NCBI GenBank assembly: GCA_043228905.1
Contig: JBHGNT010000004.1
Span: 6,138,001-6,202,000, forward strand
DNA length: 64,000 nt
Reading direction: 5' to 3'
Source: Azolla caroliniana
Taxonomy: Eukaryota > Plantae > Polypodiophyta
Made by a program: the position numbers and the translations under genes. Positions 23,213 through 34,792 of this stretch are shown here, piece by piece. The first letter of the stretch is position 1. The number at the start of each line of letters is the position of its first letter. A model generated the notes under the pieces. It searched no databases. It was not told the DNA's origin and worked only from the letters and a program-made list of their open reading frames with translations.

Positions 23213-24132
23213 CTCGATTCCTTAGTCGTATGCAGAACTTCTGATTCGACTAGATTCTCTATGGACAATATGTTCGGGTCGGTCGTCAATATCTCGACTG
23301 AAGAGCCAACGTAGTTGACTTCCTCATGTCGGTTACTCCTCTGATCAACTCTCTGAGCTTTGTTTGTCCTTGACTTGAGTACCCGATAGTCGGCCTTGAT
23401 GTGTCCCGGTTTCTTGCAGTAGTTGCAGATTCGGGTTTCCCGGGACTTGCTGCGCCTTCGCTGATTTGTCGGCGGTCGGGAAGAGCTTCTTCCCCGGTTG
23501 TTCGATCGGTCGGTCGAACCTTGTACTACATAGGCTTCTTCTGCCGAGTCTTTGGTGAAAGACTTTCTCCGAGCTGCTTCAGTCAAGATTGCACTTGTGA
23601 CTTCGGAGTACTTGATGGCAGTCGTAGAAGCGTTGCACACAGTTGTAACGAAGGTTTCCCAAGAGGAGGGGAGACTGCTCATGAGTATGATTGCTCTGAG
23701 TTCATCCTCGATTGTCGTCCCCTGTGACGAGATTTGGGAGCTCAAACTTTCGTACTCGTTAAGGTGTGCCTGAACCGAATCGGAGTCTTTCATCCGCAAG
23801 TTGTAGAGGTGTCAGATCAAATACATCTTCGTTGAGGTGACCTTCTTTTCGTAGGTTTCCGACAACTTCTTCCAAAGTTCGAAGGCTGTCGTGCACGATT
23901 GCACTGTGAAGTACACTGACTCCGACAGGTGCATTTGAATCGTGGCGCGGACGATTCTGTCCAGCTTCTGCCACTCATTTGCCTTGTATATTTCTGGAGC
24001 AGTTTCATTATCAATCGGATCGATCTGACCCTTGACTATAAGATAGTCCTGCATTTGCTCCTTCCAAAAATTGAAGTTCGAACTGTCGAACCTCCTTAGA
24101 CTCATTTCTGGTGAGCCGGATGTTGATGCCAT
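23213..24132 (-). pseudogene. Copia B gag
   Basis: FDSSNFNFWK, LMSSLPSSWE, CNYCKKPGHIKAD; internal TGA at 23812. Confidence 0.88.
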
Positions 24133-24943
24133 CAGATTTGGTTTCGGTTGACGAAGCTCGGTTCGGAGTTGACTACGAACTTTGTTGGAGTGCAGCTGGT
24201 CGGCTCACCCGATATTGTTCTAGTCGGATTTGAACCCGAGTCGGTTCGGTTTTGGATATATGTATTGTTGAACTTGCTTGAATTGACTCCGGTAACTTGA
24301 GGGACATAACCGACTGGTCTCCCCGAATGTTGCCGAGTCGGAGTGAGCCCGGTTCGCTTCCGAATATATATGCCAAATACCGATTATTGAAGCCGATTGT
24401 CTGGACCGATTCTGCTTCGGGTGACTGCAGTGACGAGAGAGACGGATCCAATTGATCCTCCCGAATGTCGATTAGTCGGATGAAGCACGAATTGGGGTTG
24501 TTGTCTTGAGACCGATCTGCACCGAGTGGTTACAACGGGCGGCGAGCAACATTCGATGACCTGTTCGGATGCCGTTTAACCGAGTGGGGCACGATCGTGT
24601 CAATGTTGCACAAGGGGATTTCACCTCGAGCGGTTACGATCACGAGGAACAGAGTACAGCCGGTTGGATTGCTCCAAGCGAAGATGATCTAACGCGATGA
24701 GATGCAAGCCTCGTTTTTCTTCTTCTTCTCTCTTCTCTGTTTCTTCAAATACAAAACAGAAAAAAGAAGGAATGTTGTGATCCAAAGATTCGAATGGCGG
24801 CCGGCAGCGGGATGAAGGACATCCAAGCTCTGATACCAAATGTAGGGAATGAACAAGGCCGTCAGTGCGGAAGAGATCACACAGTATGATACTGTGAGGA
24901 AGAAAATACCTGCGTATGAGAAAGGCAAGAACAAAATACGTAC

Positions 24944-24984
<41 letters not shown>

Positions 24985-25226
24985 CACAAAGAATATATAT
25001 CTATATTCACAAAAGGGCAACAACTCTATCAATGAACATCCAACCTTTACAAAAGGTTGCAAAGTCACTATATATAGTGACTCACTTAGGGCAACTGCCC
25101 TTTAAGTTATTTACAGAAATAGCCCGAACTTGGGCTCTCTAAGAGGATACTGTGAATACGTCCATTATACATTTGTATTCGACAGCTAGGATCGTAGGCC
25201 TCTAATGGCCTACTGGCTCTCCAAAC

Positions 25227-25925
25227 TCACTCTCGATCCGATATGGGCCTACCCGATCGGTCTTCACCCGATCCAGCTGTCGGCTTGTTCAACCGATCTG
25301 GCCCATGTTGAGCTTGCTTCTCAACACTCCCCCTCAAGCTCAACTTGAGGTTGCTTCTGCTCTGCCAATTTCTTGCCTCGGCTTCTCTTGGCGTCTTCAC
25401 GCCTTGCTCGCGCTCCGTGTCGGGTCTGGTCTCGCGTTCCATGACCCCACCGGTCCTGTGCTTCTTGACCCATCCAACTCCGCCCATCTCGACCCCTACG
25501 GTCAGCTTGTCTACTCATCATGCAAATCTCAGCTCCTTCAATGTTGTGACATTGGCACTTCTCAACCCGTCGGTTCCTTTGTGTCGGCACTGGGCCTACC
25601 TGATCGTTCTTCACCTGATCTAGTTGTCAGCTTGTTCAGCCGATCCGGCCCATGTTGAGCTTGCCTCTCAACACTCCCCCTCAAGCTCAACTTGAGGTTG
25701 CTTCTGCTCTGCTGGTTTCTTGCCTCGGCTTCTCTTGGCGTCTTCACGCCTTGCTCACGCTCCTTGTCAGGTCCGGTCTCACGTTCCACGACCCCACTGG
25801 TCCTGTGCTTCTTGACCCATCCGACTCCGCCCATCTCGACCGCTACGATCAACTTGTCTATTCATCATGCATATCTCAGGTCCTTTGCTATTGTGACATT
25901 GGCACTTGTCAACCCGTCGGTTCCT
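25227..25925. repeat. Diverged ~347-bp tandem duplication spanning the Copia C PPT/LTR junction
   Basis: CTCAACACTCCCCCTCAAGCTCAACTTGAGG at ~25320 and ~25667; shadow ORFs offset by 347. Confidence 0.85.
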
Positions 25926-27182
25926 CCGTGTCAGCATCAACTTCTGTTGCCTTCCTGTCCACTTGGCCTTCACTTGATTTGGCTCGTCAGAATCGAACCA
26001 CTCGATCAAATCGACTGTCTCTGATTCGCCATCCATCTTCAATACCTTGACCACATCCGACCATGTCTTGATCCTAGTCTTTTTCTTCAAGTCGGCTTTG
26101 TCCTTCTTGAATTTGTCGCCTTTCCTGTTTGTTTCGAATCTATCAGATGCATCGACTTCTTCAATTGATTCAACATCTTGTTCTTTTTCGGCTTTCTCCT
26201 ATTGCACTCCCCTTTTTTCTTTATCTGTTCTCCCCCTCAAGTGTGGCACGTCGAGATATTGTAACCCAAGCATCTTCGAAAATTGTTGCAACTTGTCCGA
26301 TACGAGCACTTTATTGAAGATGTCGGCCACCTGTTGATCGGTTCGAACATACCGGATATCAACCTCACCGCTTATGACCCGCTCGCGCACAAAGTGATAA
26401 TGTACCTCTATGTGCTTTGTGCGAGCATGGAACACGGGGTTCTTGGCCAACTGCATGCTACTGATGTTGTCATAGTAGATCAGGATCAGAGTGGGAACTT
26501 CGATCCGTAAGTCTTGCAGCAGTCGTCGGGGCCATATAGCTTCACAGGTCGTGACGGTGCCTCCTCGATATTCAGCCTTAGTGCTTGATAGGGCCACTGT
26601 CGGCTACTTCTAGCTGCTCCAAGCTATAAGTTGCGCTTCCAAGAGTGAATATGAAACTTGATGTCGATCGGCGATTCGACGCATCTTTGGCCTAGTCGGC
26701 ATCCGTATAGCCGACTAATTGTTCTGCTATACTGTGTCGGTATAGTAGTTCTCGATCCTTCGTGCCACTCATATATCTCAGTAGTCAATGCACTTACTGA
26801 AGGTGCTCGATGGTCGGTCGCTGCATGAATTGAGTAATCACCCCGACCGGATAACTAAGGTTAGGCCGGGTGATGGTTAAGTATATAAGCCTTCTGACAA
26901 TTTGTGGATGTGGATCACTTTGATCACTTTCATCCCGAAGAAGTAGTGAAGGTGCCCCTTCATCTCAAATGCGTCTGACAACTAAGACTTTACTCGGCCG
27001 ATTTCAACGAGGTCGGGTCTGGTGACAACCAAGTCGTCGACATATAGTAGAATGCAAACTAGACCCTTCAGACCTTTCCAAATGAACGAGGAAGTGTCGG
27101 ATTTGGAGACCGCAAACCTCATCTTACGCAATCGATGCGTGATCTTCGAGTTCCAAGCACAGGGGGGCTTGCTTCAAGCCGT

Positions 27183-28113
27183 TGTCGTGGGGAATTCCGT
27201 CTACACAAAGAAAATTCGTCGGATGCACGTGAATGGGGGTGTGTGTGAGTGCACACAAAATTTGTCTTTATGAACAAAGGTGTATAAATATCTAGGACTA
27301 AGAAGTACTAGGTAGTGAGACTCAGATGGGTACTTTAATGTCCCATGGAAGTAAGGAATAAAATATATGATGTGAGAGAGAATCAAGGGGGAAAAGCTGG
27401 CAGAAACGGTTGTCATTAATCGTGATGTAACGATGTAACGACCTCCCCTTGTTCTATAAAAGGGGAGGCTCTGCACTGTGTTAGGGATTCACGTTTTGGA
27501 GAATGAAGTGTTGCCGGACCGAGCTTTGCAGATTTTTGTTTTCTCTCATTCTCTATTTCAGTTTCTGGTTGTGCTGTGAGGCCTCCGTTTTGCATTGGTA
27601 GCCCGTGTGCTCCCAATCGGAGGCTCACCAACGTCAGTGTGTGTGAGTGTGAGGAGTTAGTAGCATTGTTGTTGGCCAAGTCTAGTTGTAACTCTTTCCC
27701 CATTGATTAATATATTATTTTGTTATCTTCATATTTTATGTCGTCTTCATTTTTGTAGTGTTCTTGTCACCTTCCCTTCTTGCTTGTGTGCGCATGCCCA
27801 AGTGTGTGAGCTCGTGAGCTCATTATTCGTTGTCTAGCGCTGCTCCAGAACCAATAAAGCATGTTGCCCCGTGCACGCACCATAAGGCAACCAGAGACCG
27901 GTCTGGTCCGGATACTTGTCCGGACTGCGCTTTGGCGAACTTATCTAGGAACTGAACCGGGTAATCCCTTTTCCTTACCAGCTCCGGAGCTGTGCTCTAG
28001 AGACAATCAACTAGACACTGATCCGGATAATCCTTCTTCCGTTACTGGCAGCTCGGTCTGAGACCCTGATGGTCCCACCCCGTTCCAACACATCCACGCA
28101 GAAATCCATGACA
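27183..28113 (+). mobile_element. Solo LTR 1 (931 bp) in Copia C RT
   Basis: TGTCGTGG...CCATGACA termini; 4-bp TSD CCGT/CTGT; TATAAAAGGGG at ~27455; removing it restores SLYGLKQ. Confidence 0.8.
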
Positions 28114-28886
28114 CTGTAAAGCGACTTCTTCAGTTGACATACTACCGACATGTTCACCTCCGACTAAAATCTGGGTGGTTGGACTATGTATACTTGTTCT
28201 TCAAGATCTCCTTGAAGAAACTCATTCTTCACGTTGTCGTGAAGATTTCTGGCAATGGTAAGAAAATTGGGTACGACGAATAAAACAAGGATGTGCAACG
28301 ACTTGCACATGCACAGGAGAAAATGTGTATAAGAATAAGAAAGAGGGAAAATTAAATGGGAAGGGGCACCTCTCCCCTTGGGCTATAGAAGGGGAAGGGT
28401 GCTCAAAAGAGAAGGGTCACCCCATTTTGGTGAGGGGGAGGTGCACCATGTAGATCTAGGGTTTCTCTTTCTTCCCCTTCTTTAGGGTTTGGTAGTTTTG
28501 TTGTTCTTCTTACTTTCGGGGTTCTTCTTTGAGTGAAGGTTTAGGGTTTCTTTTGGTTCTCCTCTCTCTTCTTGGTTAGGCTTTCAGTTGTTCTAGGTTT
28601 CTTCTTCTCCCTATTTCGGTTTTAGGGTTTTGGGTTTCTTCTTCCTTGTCATCTTGAAGAGTAGATTTAGGGTTTCTTCTTGTGGGTTTTGGGTTCTTCA
28701 TTTTCGTGTGAGTTAGGGAGGGTCATGGTAGGGTTTCAGGCGTTACTCTCTTCTTCTTATTTGTGTGAGAGTTTGGTTTGTTTTGGGGTTTCTACAATGG
28801 CGGCTCTTTCGGTATTCCGGTGGCAGCCTTCTCAGTGGTTTGGGCGTCCTCTCCTCAACGGAGAGCATTTGGTGCGGTGGAGATTT

Positions 28887-31800
28887 TGAAAAGAATGGCG
28901 TGTGGAAGCAATATAGGAAACTAAACAACAGAAAATGCAGGTTTAATGGAAAGCTTAGGTTTGCATAGTACACACGAGAGAGAGAGAGAGAGAGAGAGTA
29001 AAACACAAGAACTTAATTCAAAATAATGCTCAATCTATACATCGTGTGTGTTCAATGAACACTTTTATACAAGTCCTTTTCGGACTGACAAAAGTATTGA
29101 TAGTACTTCATTGCTCATTGAGGAACCCCTACACTAACTCCCAAATATATTCCTTGCGGAATATCTTTTCGATGGCCTCTCGGTTTCTGCACCGATCCGG
29201 CCTTCCTACGCACTGGTCTGCGTACCGGTTTCCAACCGATCCGGCCTAACCGATTGGTCCCAACCGATCCGGTCCTCGGCTTGCTCAGCCGATCCGGCCG
29301 ATGTTGAGCTTGTCTCTCAACACTCCCCCTCAAGCTCAACTTGAGGCTCTTCGGGATCTTCCGGATCACCGCTCCGGTTCCTCTTGGCTCCACGCCTTGC
29401 TCGCGCTCCTCGGCCTGTTCGACTCCGCGCGCTTCGACCCTTCCGGTCGGCTTGTGTGCTCCCATGGCCCTTCACAGCTCTCTTGCTGTCACGGTGTTGG
29501 CGCCTCTCCTGCTGCCTTCTTTTCCGCTTGGCCCTCAGTTGATTCAGTGTATCTGAATCAAACATCCGAACCGACTCGGCTACCTTCGATTGGTTTTCGC
29601 TCTCGTCCGAGTTGGCTGTCTCCAACTCATCTTCGGTCTTCTCGCCCTTGACGGCGTCATCTCCCCCATGCTTGATTGGCTTCGGCTCTTTCTTTCGGTT
29701 GTTCCCCTTATGTCCACTTTTGGACTCTTCCGCGGATCCGCCCTCGGCTTCTACAGCCGATCCAAAGTCAAATTCGTCATCCGACTTGGCGTCGCGGTCT
29801 TCTCTCCCCCTTCCATGGTCATTCGAGACATCTCTCCCCTTGAAGTTCGGCACGTCGAGGCGACGCAACCCAAGAGCACCCGAGAATTGCCACAACTTTT
29901 CCAGACCAAGAGGCTTGGTGAAGATGTCGGCGGTCTGCCGATCCATCCGAACATACTGAAGTTCGACTTCACCAAAAAGGACACGCTCACGGACAAAATG
30001 GTAGTGCACCTCAATGTGCTTGGTTCGTGCATGGAAAACGGGGTTCTTCGCGAGCTGGATGTTGCTGAGGTTGTCGCAGTAGATCGTTGTCAGATCGGAC
30101 ACCTCCTCTTGCAGGTCCTTAAGTAGCCGCTTCAACCATATGGCTTTGCATGTCACGATAGCCGCTCCTCGATACTCAACTTCGGTGCTTGACAGTGCAA
30201 CTGTCGGCTGCTTCTTGCTACACCACGCGATCGCGACACTCCCAAGAGAGAACGTGTATCTAGACGTGGATCGGCTATCGGCGGCATTGCCAACCCAATC
30301 AGCATCGGTGTAGCCGACCAACTGCGAGGCTGTACCGGTCCAATATAGCAATCCCCGGTCCTTAGTGCCGCTTACGTACCACAATATGCATTGCGCACAC
30401 GGGCTTGCTTCAGTCCGTAAAGGGACTTCTTCAATCGGCACACTGTCGATGTGTTCGTTCCGGAGTGAAATCCGGGGGGTTGTACCATGTACACCTGTTC
30501 CTCAAGCTCACCTTGCAGGAACGCATTCTTTACATCCATCTGATGCAAGTGCCACCCCTTTGTCGCAGCTACCACGAGCAAAACACGAACGATCGTCATC
30601 TTCGCGACCGACGCAAACGTCTCATCACAGTCGATGCCGTGTTTCTACGCGTAGCCTTTTGCCACTAACTGGGCCTTGTATCATTGAGTCTCCACTACTC
30701 GCCGACTCTTCATCGGACTGGTTGAACCGACTCAGTCGTCCATGTGGTCCACTTAAGTGAACTGAAGTCGGACTCTCTTCGCGGGTCCCGATTTCAGGCT
30801 CATCCGGAGGCATCTCGGCCTCGCTGACGTCATTGTCAGAACTCGGATTGGAGGTGAGGTCCGGAGTCGGAGGCAAGTACTAGGACGCGGACTCGTCAAA
30901 CACAACATTGCGGCTCACGCGCGCTTGTTTGGTGCATGGGTTATAACACTTATAACCCTTCTGCTTGTCTGAATAGCCGACCAAGATACTCTTCTCGGCC
31001 TTTGCGTCCAACTTCCTCCATTTCTCCTTCGGCACATGCACATACGCAATGCTACCGAAAACTCTCAAGTGTCGTAAATCCGGCTTCCTTCCGAAATATA
31101 GCTCATGCGCCAACACTTTGTCTCCGATCCGGTTCTGGATGTATACCGCGGTCCTTACCGCCTCGGCCCAGTAGAACTTGGGCAAGCTCTTCTCCTCCAG
31201 CATTGCCCGTGCCGCTTCCACAACCGACCGATTTTTCCTCTCGGCCACGCCGTTTTGCTCCGGCGTGTATCTACAACTGAATTCGCGCCGAATTCCCATA
31301 TGTTGTAGATAACCGTTGAATTGACCGGAAAAGTATTCTTTTCCGTCATCCGACCGCAGAAACTTGATCTTCCTTCCTGTTTCCGTTTCCACGAACCCTT
31401 TAAGGTCCTAGAAACAGTCGAAGACTTCGCTCTTCCTCTCAATGAGGTAGATCCACGTGTGCCGCGTGTAGTCGTCGATGAAGGAGACAAAATATCGGCT
31501 CCCGCCAAGACTAACGTTTTGTGTTGGCCCCCACAAATCAGAGTGTATCAAGTCGAGCTTGTTCCGGCTCCGGTTATGCTCATTGGGGAAAGGAAGTCGG
31601 TGTTGCTTCCCAAGCTGGCAAGCTTCACAAATTTGTGCCTTCCGGCCACTAAATTTGGGCAATCCGAACACCACCTATTTCGATTGCAGGTCCTAAAGCC
31701 GTTGGTAGTTGACGTGGCCTATCCGCTTGTGCCATAAGTCGATGTCTGACTCGACTTTTTGTCCCTTCGCGAACATTGCGGTGCCACCGTCAGTAGAGTC

Positions 31801-33650
31801 GAGGATAAACATCCTCCCATCTTTGCGCCCTTGTGCAATAACACGACCTTCTTCCTCAATGAAGCACCCGAGGTGTGTAAACCGGACCTCCATCCCTTGG
31901 TCGACGATTTGTCTGACCGACACCAAATTCTTCGTGATTGTCGGAACGTGTAGCACGTTCATGAGTTTCCCTTTCTGCCTGACATGGCTCAGGGGAACTT
32001 CTCCTACATTCGCGATCGGATGCTGAGTGTTGTCTCCGGTTGCGACTACTCCCGGTTGCATCAGTTTTTCTAGGTACGAGAACCACTCCTTATGGCTCGT
32101 CATGTGATTTGACGCGCTGGAGTCGACGTACCACACCTCGTCCGATTTCGGGGTGGTCTGCTTCATTGAGTTTGCTTTGTGTCTCGTCACGAAGGTAGAC
32201 ACTTTTCCGGCTTTTCCGGATCCTTCGGCGTAGTGCGATCATTGCAGATTTCCTTTGTCGGTCTGTCCGGAACCTGTTCCGGACCCGGTTCTCTCCAAAT
32301 CGGCGTGCTTCTTCCAGCAATCACTCTCCCTGTGGCCTTTCTTGCCACAGTACCAGCATTCCGCGACAGATTTCCCTTGCCGGTTCTTGTCGCCTCAACT
32401 CCCCCTGTTTCTGGAGGGTCCGGAATTGTTGTCGGCATCATTTCGGTGCCTCCTTCCTTGATCTCATCGGCCGCCTCCATTGCGCAACGATTTGCCTCGT
32501 CCTCCACGTCCATGGGGCCTATCTCCCTCTGTGTACAACATCTTGCTGTCGGTGTGCATGCTCGTTGACGCACCCGCATGGTTCTCCTCTACCAGGAGCA
32601 TTGACTGTAAGTCGAAAAAGGACGACGTATTCTCCCGGGTACACACAGCAGTTCGGAACGCCCCGAACTTCAACGCCAAACCCCCGAGACAGACCTGGAC
32701 CATCTCGCTTTCCTCAATGTTCACATCGATGGAGGCTAAGGAGTCGCATATGTCCTTGATCTTCGAGGTATAGTTAGCCACCGACAAATCGCGTTGTCGT
32801 AGGTTGCTCAACTCCTATCAGAGCTGAAGTTGGTTGTGGTGCTCGCCACGAAGATCTTCTTCAAATTTTCCCACGCACCCTTCGGTGTTTTTGCATCCCG
32901 AACGTAGCTTAATAGCTGTTCACCCACACAAGACGCGAGACAGTACAACACTCTACTCGCCGATTGTTCCCACGTCGGGAAGTCTTTGTGTGTCGAATCG
33001 GGTGTTGTGTCATTTGCTCCATCGACATAGCTCCAGTAACCGTGTCCGAGCAGGTACTAGTGCATCTTGTAGGACCAAGATGCGTAGTTGGTTCTGTCGA
33101 GCTTCTCCGTCGGAAGCGAGCTGGCTATTCCTCTGTCCATCGGTTTTCTTATTCTTCTTCGTTGGTTTTTCCTTCAAGCAAAGTCGACTGCAAAGGTTCT
33201 CAACCCTCGCGCTCTGATACCATGAAAAGAATGGCGCGCTCTGAAACCGAACAACAAAAAACACAGGTTTAATGGAAAGCTTAGGTTTGCGTAGTACACA
33301 CGGGAGAGAGAGAGAGAGAGAGAGAGTAAAACACAAGAACTTAATTCAAAATAATGCTCAATCTATACATCGTGTGTGTTCAATGAACACTTTTATACAA
33401 GTCCTTTTTGGACTGACAGAAGTACTGGCAGTACTTCATTGCTCATTGAGGAGCCCCTACACCAACTCCCAAATATATTCCTTGCGGAATATCTTTCTGA
33501 TGGCCTCCCGGTTTCTGCACCGATCTGGCCTTCCTACGCACTAGTCTACGTACCGGTTTTCAACCGATCCGACCTAACCGATCGGTCCCAACTGATCTGG
33601 TCCTCGACTTGCTCAGCCAATCCGACCGATGTTGAGCTTGTCTCTCAACA
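28887..33650 (-). mobile_element. Ty1/Copia element D (internally deleted RT)
   Basis: LTRs 28887-29322 and 33223-33650; TSD GATTT; PBS TGGTATCAGAGC at 33211-33222; PPT TTGAGGGGGAG. Confidence 0.93.
29317..33140 (-). pseudogene. Copia D gag-pol, degenerate, with a charged C-terminal extension after RNase H
   Basis: ATG at 33140 (MDRGIASSLPTEKLDRTNYASW), [53 protein letters not shown]. Confidence 0.88.
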
Positions 33651-34792
33651 GATTTTGACAAAGGCGGACTAACTCGGCGGCCGGTCGTCGAAGGGAGACC
33701 AGACTGACACGAGAACACTCCATTGTCTTCGGGGCTTGACCAATGGTGGGAGTCGCGGTTCCGGTGGCTCACTCGACTCACCTTCACCGGTCTCGTTTAG
33801 CCCGTTGTTGTATCTCGTTTAGCCTTTTGTTGTACCTTAGCTTATTATTTGTAAAAAGCTACCAGAATCGTGGCATTAAGCCGGTTCATTGTAACCCATT
33901 TTTCTTGTATCATAAATCGTGTATATTCGTTTCCCAAAAAATTTGTCTAATCTTGTGCTTGATCCCTAACCACGGGTTAATCTTCATGATGGTCTCAGAG
34001 CTAATCGAATAGAAACCCTAGGTTTGTTTGAGGAAATGAACGCCGATGTGGTCGGAAGACAACGTGGACGAAACGTGACCTTCCCCCCACCAACTCCCTA
34101 GTCAAAGATTTCCACAACAATGTCCATTTGGTGGAGATGCCACCCTCTTGCTGTTGTCGTCCTCTTCACCACCGGTGCGAAGGTCTCGTCGTAGTCGATT
34201 CCGTGGGTCTATGCATATCCTTTAGCCACCAATCGGGCCTTGTACCGGTTGACCAAACTGTCAGTGTTCTATTTCGCCTTATATACCCATTTGCAACCGA
34301 TTGGTTTGCAATGTCGGGGAGGGTCAACCAGGTCTCATGCGTCGTTGGCATCCAGTGTCCACATTTCTGCCTCCATAGCGGCACACCAATTCGCGTCTTT
34401 CGTCGCTTCTGCGTAGCTCTTCAGCTCACACACTTCCGCCACCTTCGTCATATACGCATAATAATGCACCATGTATTCATTATACCTGTACCATCATGGC
34501 TACACCGTTTTACTCTGATGTATATATACAACTGAATTCTTGCTGAATTCCCATATGTTGTAGGTAACAATTGAACTAGCCGAAAAAGTATTATTTTCCG
34601 CCATCCAACCGTAGACACTTGATCTTTCTCCCAATTTTCACTTTCAACAAGGCTTTTCAAATTCCGAAAACAGTCAAAGACTTCGTTTTTCTTCTCTATG
34701 AGATAGATCCATGCGTGTTGGCTGTAGATGTCGATGAAGGAGACAAAATATTGGCTCCCGCCTAGGCTCATGTTCTGTGTCGGTCCTCATGT

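Larger units (their letters stand above)
10777..25184 (-). mobile_element. Ty1/Copia LTR retrotransposon B carrying two nested insertions
   Basis: LTRs 10777-11028 (internal ~90-bp deletion) and 24841-25184; TSD GCTAG on both sides; PBS TGGTATCAGAGCT (tRNA-iMet) ending 24838; PPT ACGGGGGAG at 11029. Confidence 0.95.
28235..34119. mobile_element. Solo LTR 2 (~1.1 kb net) interrupted by Copia D
   Basis: TGTCGTG...CACAACA termini; 4-bp TSD ACGT/ATGT; removing it restores HQMDVKN; rich in TAGGGTTT motifs. Confidence 0.75.
10636..34789 (-). mobile_element. Old Copia element C (host), 5'-truncated and interrupted by Copia B, two solo LTRs and Copia D
   Basis: LTR pieces 10636-10776 and 25190-25326 resemble the Copia D LTR and end CTCAACA beside PPT; RNase H at 26199-26597; RT pieces 26600-27182, 28114-28234 and 34120-34450 rejoin (LKKSLY|GLKQAP; HQMD|VKN); integrase fragment up to 34789. 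Confidence 0.75.
15032..34792. repeat. 19.76-kb tandem repeat, unit 1
   Basis: All ORFs recur at offsets of 19761-19765 and 39524. Confidence 0.97.

Noticed and set aside
28455-28745. Interstitial telomere
   Set aside because: The motifs are dispersed, not a tandem TTTAGGG array.
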